From an uncultured Thermotogae bacterium (GTDB taxonomy: Bacteria; Bipolaricaulota; Bipolaricaulia; UBA7950; UBA9294): DNA of 47,843 nucleotides. Numbering within the stretch: the first letter of the stretch is position 1; each line of letters starts with the position of its first letter. Shown one piece after another: positions 1-9,321 of the stretch. A program made the position numbers and the translations under genes. Where the stretch lies: NCBI GenBank assembly GCA_964528085.1, contig CAZGRE010000006.1:1-47843 (forward strand). The letters run 5' to 3'. Under the pieces are notes generated by a model that ran no database searches, was not told the DNA's origin, and saw only the letters and a program-made list of their open reading frames with translations.

Positions 1-48
1 GTGCGATCAAGAGCAAAACCCATCCAAAAGGGGCTTTTATGCGTCGGA

Positions 49-122
49 TGGGCCTGCCTGGATTCGAACCAGGGACCTCCCGCTTATCAGGCGAGCGCTC
101 TAACCAACTGAGCTACAGACCC
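49..122 (-). tRNA. tRNA-Ile (anticodon GAT)
   Basis: Reverse complement reads GGGTCTGTAGCTCAGTTGGTTAGAGC...CTGATAAG...GGTTCGAATCC...CAGGCCCA. It has a cloverleaf with a 7-bp acceptor stem, anticodon stem ctcgc/gcggg, and loop cTGATAa with U33 and A37. No encoded CCA. Confidence 0.85.
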
Positions 123-204
123 GAGAGAATCGATATCCGATGGTAGCTAGCAGGAAAGCGGCTGTCAAGGAACGAAAGGGACAGACCACCATTCCAAACC
201 GGGT

Positions 205-1272
205 TTATTCCGCCAGCGCCTCCTCGGCTGCGGCGGCGCGGAGGGCGTCGACGAGGTCGTCCATCTCACCTTCCAGGATCCTGACGAGATCGTAGAGGGA
301 GAGGTTTATCCGATGATCGGTCACCCGGTTCTGCGGGAAGTTGTAGGTCCGGATCTTCTCGCTCCGATCCCCTGAGCCGATCTTGCTCCGCCGCTTGGCC
401 GACAGCTCGGCCTCCTTCTCCTGCTCGTAGCGGTCCCGCAGCCGCGCGCGGAGGACGCGCATCGCCTGCGCCTTGTTCTTGTGCTGCGATTTCTCGTCCT
501 GGCAGCTGACGACGATCCCGGTCGGGATATGGGTAATCCTGACAGCGGAATCGGTCGTGTTCACGCTCTGTCCCCCCGGACCGGATGAGCGGAAGACGTC
601 GATCCGCAGGTCCTTCGGATCGATCTCGATCTCCACCTCCTCCGCCTCGGGGAGGACGACGACGCTCGCCGTCGAGGTATGGATCCTCCCCTGCGACTCG
701 GTCTCAGGGACCCGCTGCACGCGATGGACGCCGGATTCGTACCGGAATACCCCGTAGGCCCCCTTCCCCTCCACGCTGAAGGTGAGCTGCTTGAACCCGC
801 CGAGGGGGGTCGGATGGCTGTCGAGGAGGGATACCTTGAACCCCCTCTTCTCCGCGAACCGGGCGTACATCCGGAACAGGTCGGCGGCGAACAGGGTCGA
901 TTCGTCCCCTCCGGTCCCGGCGCGGATCTCGACGATCGCGTTCTTTGAACCCTCCGGATCGGGAGGGGCGAGGAGGAGACGAAACCTCCGCTCGAGCTCC
1001 TCCAGCCTCCGGCGGTCCCCGTCGAGCTCCTCGTCGAGCTCCTCGCGGAGGTCGTCCTCAGTCTGGCGGAGCTCCTCCATCTCGGCGATCGCAGCCTTCA
1101 ACCCCTCCCACTCCTCGCCGAGGCGGATCAGGTCCTTCAAGCGGGAGTAGCGCTGCGCGAGCTGCGGGTAGTCCGGCTGGGCGAAGACCTTCGGGTCGGC
1201 GAGCCTCCGCTCGAGTTCGCCCGCCTCGACGCGCGCCTTTTTCAGCTGCTCGGAGATGTGAAGGGCAGACAT
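205..1272 (-). CDS. prfA: peptide chain release factor 1
   Basis: 355-aa ORF with a GGQ motif ([23 protein letters not shown]) and a PxT-type tripeptide motif (RVPETES), characteristic of RF1 rather than RF2. Confidence 0.93.
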   Translation of the reverse strand: MSALHISEQLKKARVEAGELERRLADPKVFAQPDYPQLAQRYSRLKDLIRLGEEWEGLKAAIAEMEELRQTEDDLREELDEELDGDRRRLEELERRFRLLLAPPDPEGSKNAIVEIRAGTGGDESTLFAADLFRMYARFAEKRGFKVSLLDSHPTPLGGFKQLTFSVEGKGAYGVFRYESGVHRVQRVPETESQGRIHTSTASVVVLPEAEEVEIEIDPKDLRIDVFRSSGPGGQSVNTTDSAVRITHIPTGIVVSCQDEKSQHKNKAQAMRVLRARLRDRYEQEKEAELSAKRRSKIGSGDRSEKIRTYNFPQNRVTDHRINLSLYDLVRILEGEMDDLVDALRAAAAEEALAE

Positions 1273-1315
1273 TTCGGATTAACCGTACAGGAAGAAAAGC
1301 CCTATTTCAATCGGG

Positions 1316-1573
1316 TTATCGGGAGATCCGCCCGCGGAGGAAGAGGACCTCCTCCCGGAGGGAATCGATCTGGGCGTCCTTCTCCGCGAGCCTCGCGTAG
1401 AGCTCCTTGATCAGCGCATGTGCACCGAGGACCGCGTCCTTGCGAGCGGCGGCGAGCTGTTCGCGGAGGAAGAGGATCTGCTCGGCCAGTATCCGCTCGA
1501 CGTCGCTCGCGTAGTCGATCGCGTCGAGCGTGACCTCGGATAGGAGTCTGTCGATGAACTCGTTCGGCTCCAT
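1316..1573 (-). CDS. hypothetical small coiled-coil protein (85 aa)
   Basis: ATG-initiated ORF upstream of prfA with coiled-coil-like heptad composition (LREQLAAARKDAVL...LYARLAEKDAQIDSLREEV). No recognisable family. The overlapping ORF 1302..1646 in another frame is Arg/Pro-rich and was not preferred. Confidence 0.4.
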   Translation of the reverse strand: MEPNEFIDRLLSEVTLDAIDYASDVERILAEQILFLREQLAAARKDAVLGAHALIKELYARLAEKDAQIDSLREEVLFLRGRISR

Positions 1574-1715
1574 GGACCGAATCTATCCCCAGAAGAGAGG
1601 GTTGAACCGGACAGATGGCCCGATCGCAGCGGACGTTCTGCACCACCGCCGCACCCCCCCTCCCGACCTTATCCTCCCCCTCCTCATAGAATCGACAAGG
1701 AGGGCGCTATTTGAC

Positions 1716-2594
1716 ATGGCAGAAATCACCATTGATAAGACAGCATGCGTCCGATGCGGTGCCTGTGTGGATGTCTGTGTGATCGCCGGGGTCTTCGAGC
1801 TGAAAGACGACGGCGCGCATGCGGTCCATCCGGAGCGGTGTTGGGGGTGTGGACACTGCGTCGCCGTCTGCCCAACGGACGCGATCGACCATGAGGACTT
1901 CCCGCTTGAGGAGGCGCCGATCATCGATCAGGGGATTCTCCCCTCCCTCGAATCCCTCGAGACCGCGTTCCGTGCCCGCCGGTCGTGCCGGATGTTCAAG
2001 GACGAGCCGGTCCCGCGCGATCTCGTCCGCCTCCTCATCTCGATCGGCCGCTGGGGGCCGACGGCACACAACAGCCAAGCGGTCGATTGGCTGGGGATCG
2101 ACGATCGGCTACGGATAGCAGAGCTGGCGAAGCTCACGATCGATCGGCTCGTTCATTACGCCCGCCTCGTCGGAAACCCGCTCCTCCGGCCGCTTCTATC
2201 CCTCGCATTCGGGAAGGGGAACGTCCGGACGCTCAAGGACTACCGGAGGACCGCGTTCTCCCTATCGAAACGGTGGAGGGAGGGGAAGGACCCGATCTTC
2301 TACCGGGCGCCTGTCGTACTGATCGCGCATACCCCCTCGGGAAACCCGTTCGGATGCGACGACGCTGCATACGCCGCCTACCACATCATCCTCGCCGCCG
2401 AGCGGCTCGGCCTGGGGACCTGCCAGATCGGGTTCGTGCAAGGGTTGGCAAACCGGGATCGGAAGATCAAACGAGCGATTCCGGTACCGGCCTCGCGCAA
2501 GGTTCAGGTCATCCTCGCACTCGGCTATCCGAAGCACAACTTCCGCCGGATGCTACCCCGCCGGGATCCGAACCTCGTCTGGAACCCGCGCTAG
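1716..2594 (+). CDS. 2x[4Fe-4S] ferredoxin domain fused to a nitroreductase-family domain
   Basis: ATG at 1716 preceded by AAGGAGGG (1697-1704). N-terminal CVRCGACVDVC and CWGCGHCVAVCP cluster motifs. The C-terminal part has a nitroreductase-like fold (GPTAHNSQAVDW, LGLGTCQIG). The ORF-track start at 1530 was judged an upstream read-through. Confidence 0.75.
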   Translation: MAEITIDKTACVRCGACVDVCVIAGVFELKDDGAHAVHPERCWGCGHCVAVCPTDAIDHEDFPLEEAPIIDQGILPSLESLETAFRARRSCRMFKDEPVPRDLVRLLISIGRWGPTAHNSQAVDWLGIDDRLRIAELAKLTIDRLVHYARLVGNPLLRPLLSLAFGKGNVRTLKDYRRTAFSLSKRWREGKDPIFYRAPVVLIAHTPSGNPFGCDDAAYAAYHIILAAERLGLGTCQIGFVQGLANRDRKIKRAIPVPASRKVQVILALGYPKHNFRRMLPRRDPNLVWNPR

Positions 2595-3262
2595 CCAGCC
2601 TGCTCCGACGAGGCCCTCATCCAATCGAGAAACTGGCGGATCCCGGTCATGATCCCGACAGCGACCTTATCCTGATAATCGGGGTCGAGGAGGAGCTCGA
2701 GCTCCTCCGGATTGGTCATGTACCCGACCTCGACCGAGACGGCCGGCATAGCCGTCCGACGGAGGTAGAGCTCCTGCGAATGGACCCCGCGATCGGCCGC
2801 ACCGGTCGCCTCGCTCACGGCATCCTCGATCATCGCGGCCAGGACCCAGCTCGGATCGTCATCGGCCCTCGTGTCGTCGACCCACGTCTCGATCCCGTGC
2901 ACACCCGGATCGTCGAACGAGTTGACGTGGACCGAGATGTAGATCGTCGCCCCTACCTCCTCGGCCCGGGTTATCCGCTCCTCGAGCGGGACGAAGACGT
3001 CCACGGTACGGACGAGGAAGGCCTTCATATCATCCTGCGCATCGACGAGCTCCCCGAGCCGCTTGACGATCGCAAGGTTCAGATCCTTCTCGGCGATCCC
3101 GTTCACCGCCGCTCCCGGATCCCTCCCCCCGTGCCCGGCGTCGAGGGCGATCACGTACTCCGGCTCCTTCGGAGGCGGGGTGCGATGAAACGGGTTGACG
3201 AGGAAGAAGACCAAAAGACCGACGGCGATGAGCGCAAGACCGAGGATCAATCTTCTGTTCAT
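2591..3262 (-). CDS. N-acetylmuramoyl-L-alanine amidase (Amidase_3/CwlD-like), membrane-anchored
   Basis: N-terminal TM helix, then IALDAGHGGRDPGA...ISVHVNSF...EVGYMTNPEE, the canonical Amidase_3 zinc-ligand pattern. Confidence 0.85.
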   Translation of the reverse strand: MNRRLILGLALIAVGLLVFFLVNPFHRTPPPKEPEYVIALDAGHGGRDPGAAVNGIAEKDLNLAIVKRLGELVDAQDDMKAFLVRTVDVFVPLEERITRAEEVGATIYISVHVNSFDDPGVHGIETWVDDTRADDDPSWVLAAMIEDAVSEATGAADRGVHSQELYLRRTAMPAVSVEVGYMTNPEELELLLDPDYQDKVAVGIMTGIRQFLDWMRASSEQAG

Positions 3263-3317
3263 GGGAGGAAGGATACACGATAGCCCGGCTTGGTCCTAGT
3301 CAGGAGAGTAAGATAGG

Positions 3318-3832
3318 ATGGCTACAGATCCGAGGAGGGACGGTTTGGATGTCAAACGGTTCGTAGCCGAGGTGAAGCGGGACTACTCGGAATGGGAGGA
3401 GGCCATCCGCCTTGTCCCGCCCGATAGGCTGCGAGAACCTGGCGTCTCTGGGGTCTGGTCGGTCGTCGACATCGTCGCTCACATCTCCTGGTACGAGCGG
3501 GAGATGAACGGTCTCCTCGCTTCGCACGAGCTCGCCGGCTCTCCGTGGTGGGAGCTCCCGCTCGATCAACAGAACGAGCGGATCTACGAGGAGAACAGAG
3601 GCCGGCCGGAGAGGTTTTAAAAGAGGCTCGATCGATCCACGAAGAGCTCATAGAGAGGCTCCGCTCACTCAGGGACGAAGACCTGACCGATCCCGCGAGG
3701 TTTAACGGGATGCCGAGCGATTGGTCACCGGCCGACGTGATCGCGGGGAGCATGTATAAGCACTACCGCGCCCACGCCGCCGCCGTCCGAAGGTGGCTTT
3801 CAGCGGGTCAGTCGTCCTCAGGGCAGCAGTAG
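3318..3832 (+). pseudogene. ClbS/DfsB (DUF1706, DinB-superfamily) four-helix-bundle protein, apparently frameshifted
   Basis: ORF 3318..3620 (frame 0) carries the N-terminal motif GVWSVVDIVAHISWYEREMN and stops at TAA 3618-3620. ORF 3545..3832 in another frame continues with ...EVLKEARSIHEELIERLRSLRDEDLTDP...MYKHYRAHAAAVRRWL, the typical C-terminal half. The frame switch lies in the GGCCGGCCGG run at about 3603-3615. Confidence 0.5.
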
Positions 3833-4281
3833 ACGGTGAGGACGGGGCAACGGGCGATCCGGACGACCTTCTCCGTGACCGAACCGAAGATCCGCCGCCG
3901 CCAACCGGCCGCACCGTGGGTGGCGAGGACGATCAGATCGACCCCTTCCTCAGAGGCGACGCGGACGATCTCGTGCGCCGCATCCCCGTGCGTGACGAGG
4001 ACGCGCCCGTCGACCGACGAGGGAACGTTCCGCTTCAGCCGCTCCTTCAGGGATGCCTCGGCGCTCTCGGTCAGCTCATGCTGATAGGCGGCGACGTCGA
4101 ACCCTCCCATCCCGGCAGGATTATCGAGGGTCGGGATCGCGCCGACGACGTGCATCAGGATCAGCTCGGCCGAGAACGCCTCTGCGAGCTCACCGGCCGC
4201 CTTGATCGCCCGGCATGCCGGCTCGCTGAAGTCGGTCGGGCAGAGGATCCTCTTGAACGGGAGCAACCGTTTCTCGTTCAT
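3808..4281 (-). CDS. universal stress protein UspA family
   Basis: 157 aa with ILCPTDFSE...LILMHVV...GVDLIVLATHGAAGWRRRIFGSVTEKVVRIARCPVLTV, the USP ATP-binding signature. Confidence 0.88.
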   Translation of the reverse strand: MNEKRLLPFKRILCPTDFSEPACRAIKAAGELAEAFSAELILMHVVGAIPTLDNPAGMGGFDVAAYQHELTESAEASLKERLKRNVPSSVDGRVLVTHGDAAHEIVRVASEEGVDLIVLATHGAAGWRRRIFGSVTEKVVRIARCPVLTVYCCPEDD

Positions 4282-4437
4282 AGACCTCGAACAGACCTCC
4301 GCTTACCAGCCTAGGGGAACCGGACCGATCCGTCAAGGGCTCAGGCTTTCCTTTCCCAAGCCGACCCTGTACACTCTCCCGGGCGGACCCGATCGGGATC
4401 CGCCCTATTCGACGAGGGTTCAGAAAGGGAGGGTATC

Positions 4438-5889
4438 GTGGCAGCGCAAGGGGTGACCCCACGGAGCGTCGATTACGCCCGCTGGTACACCGACGTCGTC
4501 AAGATGGCCGAGCTCGCCGATTATGCGCCGGTCCGCGGGTGCATGATCATCAAGCCCTACGGGTATGAGCTGTGGGAGAACATAAAGGCGGCGCTGGATC
4601 GGCGGTTCAAGGAGACCGGGCACAAGAACGCCTATTTCCCGCTCCTCATCCCGATGAGCTTCATTAAGAAGGAGGCCGAGCACGTCGAGGGGTTCGCCCC
4701 GGAGCTCGCCGTCGTCACGCACGGGGGAGGGAAGGAGCTCGACGAGCCCCTCGTCATCCGCCCGACATCCGAGACGGTGATCGGCTATGCATTCGCCGAG
4801 TGGATCCAGTCGTACCGCGATCTACCCCTCCTCATCAACCAATGGGCGAACGTCGTCCGGTGGGAGCTCCGGCCGCGGCTCTTCCTCAGAACGACCGAGT
4901 TCCTTTGGCAGGAGGGGCATACCGCCCATGCCACCGAGGAGGAGGCGCTCGCCGAGACGATGGCGATACTCGATCAGTACGTGGACTTCGCGATCAACGA
5001 GGCTGCGATCCCGGTGATAAAGGGGAAGAAGAGCGATCAGGAGAAGTTCGCCGGAGCCGTCGCCTCGTACTCGATCGAGGCGATGATGGGGAACAAGTGG
5101 GCCCTTCAATCCGGAACCTCCCACTTCCTCGGCCAGAACTTCGCCAAGGCGTTCGAGATCAAGTTCCTCGACGAGTCGAACGAGCTCCACTACGCATGGA
5201 CGACCTCGTGGGGCGTCTCGACCCGGATGGTCGGTGGGATCATCATGGCACATGGGGACGACAAGGGGCTCCGCCTCCCCCCGCGGCTCGCCCCGATCCA
5301 GGCGGTGATCGTCCCGATATGGAAGAGCGACGAGGAGAAGGAAGGGGTCGATCGGCTGATCGCTGAAGTGCGCCCTCAGCTTGAAGAGGCCGGGATCCGG
5401 GTTCACGTCGACAGGCGGGAGGGGATGACCCCGGGGTTCAAGTTCAACGACTGGGAGATGCGCGGAGTCCCGCTCCGAATCGAGGTCGGCCCCCGCGACG
5501 TCGAGGACCGCGCGGTCATGGTCTCCCGGCGCGACGCCCCAGGGAAGGAAGGGAAGGCGGCCGTACCCCTCGACGGGCTCGCCGGGCGGATCCAGACCCT
5601 TCTGGATGAGATCCAGGAGGGGATGCTCGATCGCGCGACCGCGTTCCGGGAGGAGAACCTCCATGAAGCCCGCTCCTACGATGAGTTGAAGGAGATCGTG
5701 AAGGATGGCTGGGCGCTGATCTGGCACTGCGGCCGGCCCGAGTGCGAGGCGAAGATCAAGGAGGAGACGAAGGCGACGAGCCGCTGCTTCCCCCTCGATC
5801 TAAACGAGACCTGGAACCCGACCGGTGCGACCTGCACCGTCTGCGGGAAGCCGGCCCATGGGAGGGCCTACTTCGCAAGGGCGTACTAG
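4438..5889 (+). CDS. proS: proline--tRNA ligase, archaeal/eukaryotic-type (class II, C-terminal zinc-binding domain)
   Basis: GTG start preceded by AAAGGGAGGG. Class II aaRS motifs are present and the C-terminal domain ends with a tyrosine (...ARAY), as in archaeal-type ProRS. It lacks the bacterial INS editing domain. Confidence 0.9.
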   Translation: MAAQGVTPRSVDYARWYTDVVKMAELADYAPVRGCMIIKPYGYELWENIKAALDRRFKETGHKNAYFPLLIPMSFIKKEAEHVEGFAPELAVVTHGGGKELDEPLVIRPTSETVIGYAFAEWIQSYRDLPLLINQWANVVRWELRPRLFLRTTEFLWQEGHTAHATEEEALAETMAILDQYVDFAINEAAIPVIKGKKSDQEKFAGAVASYSIEAMMGNKWALQSGTSHFLGQNFAKAFEIKFLDESNELHYAWTTSWGVSTRMVGGIIMAHGDDKGLRLPPRLAPIQAVIVPIWKSDEEKEGVDRLIAEVRPQLEEAGIRVHVDRREGMTPGFKFNDWEMRGVPLRIEVGPRDVEDRAVMVSRRDAPGKEGKAAVPLDGLAGRIQTLLDEIQEGMLDRATAFREENLHEARSYDELKEIVKDGWALIWHCGRPECEAKIKEETKATSRCFPLDLNETWNPTGATCTVCGKPAHGRAYFARAY

Positions 5890-5903
5890 GGGGTGAATCT
5901 CCT

Positions 5904-6713
5904 ATGCTGATTACCCGCGACATGAAACCGGAGGACGAGTACTTTGTCTCGACCTGCTCACACGTGAATGAATCGGAAGAGATCGACCGCTGCGCGTCGA
6001 AGAGGCGCTCTCTGTTCGCAGAGCTAAAGGAGAGAGGCGCCCTGCTCAAGGTCGCACTCCTCGAAGGGAAACACGCGGGTTTTGCGTACGGAATACCGAT
6101 CGAGCACTCCCCATGGGGACCGCTCGGCGAGGATCTCGTCGTGATCCCGTGTCTCTACGTCCTCGCTCCAGCAACCGGTCAAGGGGCGGGGCGCATGCTG
6201 ATCGAATCGATCGAGGATGATGCACACGCAATGGGGCGAAAGGGCGTGACGGTGACGGCGTACCAGGGGCTCTACGGAGCCGATTGGTTCATGCCCGCTT
6301 CGTACTTCGAACACATCGGATACGAAACCGTTGCCATCCATCAGAGCGCGATCCTCCTCTGGAAGCCCTTCACCCCTGACGCCGAATCGCCCCGCTTCCT
6401 CCGACCGGACTACGCATTCAAAGAGAGGCCGGGAAAGGTCGTTGTCGATCTCTTTTGGAACGCCTTCTGCGAGACGAGCAACATCGAAGCCGAGCGTGTC
6501 CGCGATGTGTGCAGCGAATTCGGCGATCGGGTCATCCTGAACGAGTATCAGGCCGAGGATCGCGCGACCCTCCTTGCCCACCAGATCCCACGCGCAATCT
6601 TTGTAAATGGAAAGGAGATCTTTTGGGGGTACGAAGCGCCGAAGGAAGGGATCCGGGCCACCATCAAGAAAGCGCTCCTGGGTTGCGACACCGGAGGGCG
6701 AGATGAAGGGTAA
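5904..6713 (+). CDS. GNAT N-acetyltransferase fused to a C-terminal thioredoxin-fold (monothiol CxxS) domain
   Basis: ATG 5904 follows the proS stop. The N-terminal half has the GNAT acetyl-CoA fold (LYVLAPATGQGAGRMLIESIEDDAHAMGRKGVTV). The C-terminal 90 aa (VVVDLFWNAFCETS...IFVNGKEIFWGYEAP) looks glutaredoxin/thioredoxin-like. The ORF-track start at 5742 was rejected because it overlaps proS. Confidence 0.6.
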   Translation: MLITRDMKPEDEYFVSTCSHVNESEEIDRCASKRRSLFAELKERGALLKVALLEGKHAGFAYGIPIEHSPWGPLGEDLVVIPCLYVLAPATGQGAGRMLIESIEDDAHAMGRKGVTVTAYQGLYGADWFMPASYFEHIGYETVAIHQSAILLWKPFTPDAESPRFLRPDYAFKERPGKVVVDLFWNAFCETSNIEAERVRDVCSEFGDRVILNEYQAEDRATLLAHQIPRAIFVNGKEIFWGYEAPKEGIRATIKKALLGCDTGGRDEG

Positions 6714-6822
6714 GTACTTCCCCCTGGTTTGGCTTGCGGAAGGGGGATGATTCCGGCGGACAGGATCTCCCTTTCATCCGGACGGGAAAACGCGTATCCT
6801 GTAGCCTATCAAGGAGGTCGTC

Positions 6823-8232
6823 ATGCAGCTTCGTGTTCTATTGATCCCGGTTCTCGTCGGTATCGTCATCCTTTCGCTCTTCGGCTGCGGCCATAAAGAG
6901 ACCGAGCCCGTCACCGGCCCGACGGCTGAACCCTCAGCACAGGTGGAGACCCCTGCGACAGGGGGAGAGGGGGTAGTTGCCTACATCAACGGGGAGCCGA
7001 TCTCCCAGGAGGAGCTCGCCGGGGCGAAAGAGGCGCTCATCGGCTACTACCAACAGATCTATTCCCAGTTCGGGATGGACATCCGCTCGATGCTGACCGG
7101 CGGGAGGGGACGCGTGATGGAGCTGAACCTGGAGGTCGACGCGCTGGAGAGGCTGTTCTTCAACGCGATCGTGGCCCAGGAGGCAAAAAGGCGGGGGATT
7201 CAACCGACTGAGGAGGAGATCGAGGCGGAGTTTCAGCAGGAGTACACGACGTTCCTCGACGACCACCAGCTGACCGAGGAGCAGCTCGCCGAATACCTCA
7301 CCGGACAAGGTGAATCGCTCGATCGATTCAAGGCCGACGCGCGGAAGAGCGTAGCCGACCAGCTCACCGTTCAGGCGGTCCGGAACGCCGTCGCGGGGGA
7401 GATCGACCTCACCGACGATCAGATCGAAGCGTACTTCGAGGAGAACCGGGACCGCTACGACACCGAAGAGGAGATCCGCGCCTCCCATATCCTCGTCGCA
7501 ACGGAGGAGGAAGCACAGGAGATCCTCGACGAGCTCGCCGATGGGGCCGACTTCGCAACGCTGGCGAAGGAACGGTCGACCGACACGGGTAGCGCGGCGA
7601 ACGGCGGGGACCTCGGCTGGTTCAAGCACGGACAGATGGTGAAGCCGTTCGAGGACGCGGCGTTCGCCCTCAAGGTCGGAGAGACGAGCGGGATCGTCAA
7701 GACCGACTATGGGTATCACATCATCCTCCTGACCGATCGGAAGGAGGCGACCCATCCCGAGCTCTCCGAGGTGATCGACCAGGTGAGAAGCGACCTCACG
7801 GATGAGATCGTCTCAGAGAGGTTCCGCAGCTGGTACGAGGATGCGTACGACAACTCGACCGTATCGATCCTCCTCCCCGTCCTCGATGCGGTCCGCATCC
7901 AGCAGGACGACCCCGACGCCGGGCTCGCAGCCCTCGAGCGGCTGAAGGAGGACGGGACCGTCGATGAGCCGTACCTTGAGTTCATGATCGGGTACGCCTA
8001 CGAAAAGAGGATGAACGACGCGATCGCCGAGAAGAGCAAGCTGGAAGAGGAAGGCTCGGACGATCCTGCAACGAAAGAGAGGATCGATGAGCTCGCTTCT
8101 GAGATCGAAAGCGCAAGGGCGAGCGCCCTTTCCGCCTACCAGGAGGCGCTCGGGAAGCACAGCGGGGATGCGGAGATCGAGGGAAGAATCGAAGCCTTAC
8201 AACCACAGACCCCGTCAGAGGAGACTGAATAG
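6823..8232 (+). CDS. parvulin-type peptidyl-prolyl isomerase lipoprotein (PrsA/SurA-like foldase)
   Basis: RBS AAGGAGG at 6810-6816. Signal peptide with lipobox LFGC. PpiC/parvulin domain IRASHILVATEEEAQ...GGDLGWFKHGQMVKPFEDAAF...DYGYHIILLTDRK. Confidence 0.85.
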   Translation: MQLRVLLIPVLVGIVILSLFGCGHKETEPVTGPTAEPSAQVETPATGGEGVVAYINGEPISQEELAGAKEALIGYYQQIYSQFGMDIRSMLTGGRGRVMELNLEVDALERLFFNAIVAQEAKRRGIQPTEEEIEAEFQQEYTTFLDDHQLTEEQLAEYLTGQGESLDRFKADARKSVADQLTVQAVRNAVAGEIDLTDDQIEAYFEENRDRYDTEEEIRASHILVATEEEAQEILDELADGADFATLAKERSTDTGSAANGGDLGWFKHGQMVKPFEDAAFALKVGETSGIVKTDYGYHIILLTDRKEATHPELSEVIDQVRSDLTDEIVSERFRSWYEDAYDNSTVSILLPVLDAVRIQQDDPDAGLAALERLKEDGTVDEPYLEFMIGYAYEKRMNDAIAEKSKLEEEGSDDPATKERIDELASEIESARASALSAYQEALGKHSGDAEIEGRIEALQPQTPSEETE

Positions 8233-8259
8233 GAGCCAAAACAGGAGGGAGCCTCCCGG

Positions 8260-9096
8260 ATGAAAATACAAAAGCTGAATGGTCTCGTATCCGTTTTGTC
8301 GATCGCAGTCGCCCTTGTTTTGACCGTCTCATCCGTCTCGACCCTGGCGAACACAGCACCGGAGCCGGCGTTCACCGCATGGCGGGTGGAGGGGAAGGGG
8401 GAGACGGTCGTCGGATTCGACGCCTCCTCGTCGAGCGATCCGGATGGAGCGATCGCGGTCTATCAATGGACGTTCGGCGACCGGTCGAGCGGGTCGGGGA
8501 TGACGGTCGAGCATACCTACCCCTCGGTCGGAACCTACGAGGTCACCCTCGTTGTGATCGACGATGGAGGCGCGGCAGGGATCCTGACGAAGGAGATCGA
8601 CATCGCCCAGCTCCTTACCTCTCCTCACACAGGAGAGGCTGAACCTGCCGTGGCCCCTGCGAACGTTCCGATCGGGACGGGCGTCGGGGAGCGCGCCCCG
8701 GAGTTCACCCTGATCGATTTCGACGGTCAGTCCGTCCACCTCTCCGATTTCCTCGGGAAGGTCGTTTTGATCGAGTTCTGGAGGAGGACCTGCCCGCACT
8801 GCGTCGCCTCGACCCCGTATCTGGAGGAGCTCCGCCAGGCGTTCGCCGAGGAGGACTTCGTCGTCATCCTGATCGTCCTCGACTACAACCCGGCCGAGGC
8901 GGAGCGGTACCTGACCGAGAACGGGTTCACCGACCTCCTCGCCCTGCGGGAGCCGGTTTCGAGCGAACGGAAGACGGCGGAAACGTACAGAATCACCAAC
9001 GTCCCCCGCGCATTCCTGATCGACAAGACGGGGGTGATCCGTTATTACGGGGCACCGGATGATCTGAGCGAGGAGACGATCGCCCCCTGGCTGTAG
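8260..9096 (+). CDS. secreted PKD-domain / TlpA-ResA-like thiol-disulfide oxidoreductase fusion
   Basis: Signal peptide, then a PKD-like domain (GFDASSSSDPDGAIAVYQWTFGD...TYEVTLVVIDDGG), then a thioredoxin fold with WRRTCPHC (CxxC) and the TlpA-like pattern PEFTLIDFDGQSVHLSDFLGKVVLIEFW. Confidence 0.8.
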   Translation: MKIQKLNGLVSVLSIAVALVLTVSSVSTLANTAPEPAFTAWRVEGKGETVVGFDASSSSDPDGAIAVYQWTFGDRSSGSGMTVEHTYPSVGTYEVTLVVIDDGGAAGILTKEIDIAQLLTSPHTGEAEPAVAPANVPIGTGVGERAPEFTLIDFDGQSVHLSDFLGKVVLIEFWRRTCPHCVASTPYLEELRQAFAEEDFVVILIVLDYNPAEAERYLTENGFTDLLALREPVSSERKTAETYRITNVPRAFLIDKTGVIRYYGAPDDLSEETIAPWL

Positions 9097-9321
9097 AACC
9101 GCCCGGAAAGGAGGCCCCGATCTCCGAGCGCGTGTTGAAAGACGACAACCAAAGCTGCGAGGTCAGGCTCGAGGAATACCTCGACATCAAGCGGATGATC
9201 GATCAGTTCGGAAAGACGGCTTATCGAGCGGTGCGCGACTATTTATTACCGATCCTGCGGATACGAGGCGGGATACGACCTCGCCCTCTCCCTGATCAAG
9301 GAAGGGAAGCTGACAAAGGAG

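Noticed and set aside
11-45. Possible terminator hairpin (aaaaccc...ggggctttt) next to tRNA-Ile
   Set aside because: The stem is weak and imperfect, and the orientation relative to the minus-strand tRNA is not convincing.
1985-3283. 432-aa plus-strand ORF spanning the ferredoxin-nitroreductase and amidase genes
   Set aside because: Arg/Pro/Gly/Asp-rich low-complexity translation, typical of an out-of-frame or antisense reading in high-GC DNA. It overlaps two well-supported genes.
5742-5903. N-terminal extension of the GNAT gene (ORF-track start 5742)
   Set aside because: It would overlap the 3' end of proS by about 150 nt in another frame, and the translation is Gly/Asp/Arg-rich. ATG 5904 with an upstream G-rich RBS is preferred.
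6714-6822. Possible terminator after the GNAT gene (cttccccc...aaggggg)
   Set aside because: Only about 5 bp of true complementarity with a 17-nt loop and no T-run. It was not called.
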